A stretch of DNA of 30,043 bases from Promethearchaeota archaeon. Its GTDB lineage: Archaea > Asgardarchaeota > Lokiarchaeia > Sigyniarchaeales > SOKP01. Below, piece by piece: positions 27,735 through 30,043 of the stretch (position 1 is the stretch's first letter; each line of letters begins with the position of its first letter). The stretch lies in assembly GCA_048938025.1 (NCBI GenBank), contig JBHLMP010000018.1, positions 28,014 through 58,056 of the forward strand, written 5' to 3'. The position numbers and the translations under genes were made by a program. The notes beneath the pieces are model-generated. The model searched no databases and had not been told where the DNA came from. It was given only the letters and a program-made list of their open reading frames with translations.

Positions 27735-28844
27735 TTAAATCTCTGGTGGACTTGGTAAATCTCTTTTTTTTTCCTCATATTTTTCTGATCTTTTATAAAA
27801 TCTTTTTGAATTACTTAATATATCCTGCCTTTCAACATGAATTGCAGTGCCTCCGACTAACTTTAAAGAATCATAAAAAAGATCATAAGTTAAGAGCTCT
27901 GTATTTATTGCCTTTAATATCGCAACTCTTGTACCCCGTTCAATATCAGATCCCGAATATCCATATGTTAATTCTAATAGCCCATCAAGCTTTCCTTTTT
28001 TATTTATAGCATCCCATAATATATTATTATCAAATTCAGAAATTTTATGACCTAATTTGACTTCCAAATCTTTAGATATTGCTTGAATTTTTTTGAACTC
28101 ATTGTTTAAATTTGTGAAAATAATGTCATCAATGCCTATTTTTGCTTGTTTTAATTTATTAAGAAATGATTCAATAATTTGTTTTCTTAAATAATAATCA
28201 GGGAAATCAAATTTAAAATGAAATGTAAAACGCCGCCAAATTGCTGAATCTAATTGATGCTGATGATTAGTTGCTCCAAATATTGCTAATGGGACTCCCT
28301 CATAATTTATTTTATCAATAACTTGTAAGAAAGAAATAACAGCACGTTTTATTTCTCCTACTTCATGAATATTAGATCTTTCAGAACCAATTGCATCAAT
28401 TTCATCAAAAAATAATATGAAAGCACCTCTTTCTTTTGAAATATCAGCTGCTAACTCAACAACCCCTCGGATATTTTTAATAGTATCTCCTAATAATGGT
28501 GATACTAATCTGTCAGATTCAACTACACAAATAGGTATATTGTATTTCTTAGCAAATCCTCTTGTTAATGATGTTTTTCCCGTGCCTGGTGGGCCATATA
28601 AAAGAACTGTTAAATTAGGATTTAGTTTTGTATTTTTTAGTTGTTCTGTAAATTCATTATATTTTTTAAGGGCTTTAAAAAAATCATCTAAAATTTCTTT
28701 TTTAACTTCATTTCCCTTAATATCATCAATAAACTCCTTTATATCTGAAGGAAAATAGACAGCACCATATTTACCAATCCGTTCTTTAATAACATCGTCA
28801 GTATAAATTTCTTTTTTTTCTGATTCATCTTTTTTCTTACTAAT
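27735..28844 (-). CDS. AAA+ ATPase, classical clade, single module, 369 aa; probable ATT start
   Basis: Frame read by hand is open from 28847 to the stop at 27735: Walker A YGPPGTGKT, Walker B FILFFDEID, sensor-1 GATN, SRH LDSAIWRRF, lid GYSGSDI. No in-frame ATG, GTG or TTG before 28067. Confidence 0.85.
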   Translation of the reverse strand: MSKKKDESEKKEIYTDDVIKERIGKYGAVYFPSDIKEFIDDIKGNEVKKEILDDFFKALKKYNEFTEQLKNTKLNPNLTVLLYGPPGTGKTSLTRGFAKKYNIPICVVESDRLVSPLLGDTIKNIRGVVELAADISKERGAFILFFDEIDAIGSERSNIHEVGEIKRAVISFLQVIDKINYEGVPLAIFGATNHQHQLDSAIWRRFTFHFKFDFPDYYLRKQIIESFLNKLKQAKIGIDDIIFTNLNNEFKKIQAISKDLEVKLGHKISEFDNNILWDAINKKGKLDGLLELTYGYSGSDIERGTRVAILKAINTELLTYDLFYDSLKLVGGTAIHVERQDILSNSKRFYKRSEKYEEKKRDLPSPPEI

Positions 28845-28873
28845 TTTTCATCATCTCAAATATTTGTATATTA

Positions 28874-30043
28874 TTAATTTTTTCTTTCATTATCAAATTT
28901 TTCACAATAATTAGCAATTTCATTAATAAAATCTTTAAGATTATCAATTTGAGATCCAATAAAATTAAAGATTTCTTTTCTATACTGAGGAGAATCTCTG
29001 ATTTTCATCTTATCCAAACTTAAATAATTAGGGAAGCAGATAAGTTTCATTAAATACGGAAGAACTTTCTCATTAGTTTGTAAATCTTTAAAAATGGTAT
29101 AAAATATGTTTTCATCAGATAATTTCCACTTTAAAATACCCATATATATTAAAAATGCAAAATTCATTGAAATCCAATTTATTAACTCTTTTGATAAAAA
29201 ACCTCGTCTTTGTGAAGCAAAAGCTAAATAATATATAATCAAAGTTTCATTGCTAAATTGGGGATTTAATCTTATTGATCCATCAGATTGCTTAGTTTCA
29301 CGTAAGAATTTATTATTTAATAAGATTTGCACAAAATCTTCTTGAGGGGCTAAGAATATTCCATCGATCTCACGTAAACCTATACGTTCAGCAACTTTTT
29401 CTAGAGCTTCTTCTTCTGGATTCGCAATTGAATCGATATATGGCAAAAATACATTAATCTTTAAAATCATTGGAAGTTCATAATTTTTTCTTTCTGGAAA
29501 TTCTCCAAAATTTGGATCCAAATTATATAATGATGTAATATTGTTAATTATTTGATAAATTTTTGGAGACATTCCTGGAATCTCAAAAAAATCAGTACTA
29601 ACTAATTTTTCTCGATAATATGTATGAGGTTGAAGTAAATGACGTTGACATTCATAAAATGTTGGAGCATATTCCAATAATGTCTCATAAATGATTTTTA
29701 TATTAGTACCTCTTGGAAATAGTCGTTTTTCTATAAATTTCACTAAAAGATAAAGATATGTATTCTCAATATTAATTTCGTCTGGATTAGTAATATATCG
29801 TAATATATTTAAGGCATCAACCGATTCTTGAAGAAATTCAACAATATAATCTTTAATATCTATAATGGGAATATTTTCTCTATATTTAACAATAAAATCC
29901 TTTATTATTTCATAAATATTTGATCTATACATTGCAGAGAATTCAGAGAGTGCTCTAACTTTGCGAATATTTCTTTTTTCTTCTTCTTGTCGAATCTTAT
30001 CTAAAATTTCTGTATCTAGTAAAAGATCTGCATCTAAATCAAT
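28874..30043 (-). CDS. Hypothetical protein, 5'-truncated by the window edge
   Basis: The frame of the 28874-29932 ORF stays open to 30043 (IDLDADLLLDTEILDKIRQEEEKRNIRKVRALSEFSA-MYRS...), giving more than 389 aa; no family recognised. Confidence 0.7.
   Translation of the reverse strand: MDLDADLLLDTEILDKIRQEEEKRNIRKVRALSEFSAMYRSNIYEIIKDFIVKYRENIPIIDIKDYIVEFLQESVDALNILRYITNPDEINIENTYLYLLVKFIEKRLFPRGTNIKIIYETLLEYAPTFYECQRHLLQPHTYYREKLVSTDFFEIPGMSPKIYQIINNITSLYNLDPNFGEFPERKNYELPMILKINVFLPYIDSIANPEEEALEKVAERIGLREIDGIFLAPQEDFVQILLNNKFLRETKQSDGSIRLNPQFSNETLIIYYLAFASQRRGFLSKELINWISMNFAFLIYMGILKWKLSDENIFYTIFKDLQTNEKVLPYLMKLICFPNYLSLDKMKIRDSPQYRKEIFNFIGSQIDNLKDFINEIANYCEKFDNERKN

Noticed and set aside
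27735-28067. 110-aa ORF as a stand-alone gene
   Set aside because: It is the C-terminal third of the AAA+ ATPase frame that is open from 28847.
437-28758. Short antisense or nested ORFs in the track (437-802, 908-1114, 2458-2658, 2631-2888, 3358-3579, 4048-4314, 4990-5496, 7097-7294, 14859-15104, 15833-16066, 17705-17899, 18187-18423, 19117-19518, 21277-21486, 21650-21961, 22851-23048, 23688-23981, 26786-27202, 27746-28009, 28417-28758)
   Set aside because: All overlap better-supported genes, show Ser/Phe/Leu-rich shadow composition or lack motifs, and are expected by chance.
28848-28853. Tandem TGA codons upstream of the AAA+ ATPase read as selenocysteine
   Set aside because: They lie in the short intergenic/RBS region, with no Cys-equivalent motif and no SECIS seen.
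1-30043. CRISPR arrays, rRNA or tRNA genes, transposases, integrases
   Set aside because: No regularly spaced repeats, GC-rich cloverleaf or rRNA segments, or mobile-element ORFs were seen by eye. Small C/D box sRNAs near nop5-fibrillarin cannot be excluded without a covariance search.

Overview
Very AT-rich archaeal chromosomal window, most likely from an Asgard archaeon (Lokiarchaeia/Promethearchaeota-like). This assignment is inferred from gene content and base composition, not from a database match. The left two-thirds is mostly housekeeping: tfb, an anaerobic sulfatase-maturating radical SAM enzyme, rpl2, gatDE, elp3, pyrKD, nop5 plus fibrillarin, rnhB, two HTH regulators and archaeal MAT. 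The right third is accessory: zinc-ribbon proteins, membrane left-handed beta-helix proteins, AN1-zinc-finger intramembrane (pseudo)proteases, hypB, SmAP3 and a five-gene minus-strand cluster. Best finding: the RNase HII gene is split inside its catalytic DEAGRGP motif by a 30-nt insertion carrying a stop codon (14381-14410, minus strand). The insertion folds into a relaxed bulge-helix-bulge, and cutting at the canonical splicing-endonuclease positions restores ...DEAGR|GPVLGP... exactly, so it is a probable pre-mRNA intron in an archaeal protein-coding gene. Second finding: the cluster at 24.5-30 kb appears to encode a catalytically degenerate SMC-like protein, a tandem winged-helix (KITE/Nse1/MAGE-like) protein, a coiled-coil protein and a 369-aa AAA+ ATPase. 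The ORF track missed most of that ATPase because it has no canonical start codon (probable ATT start).
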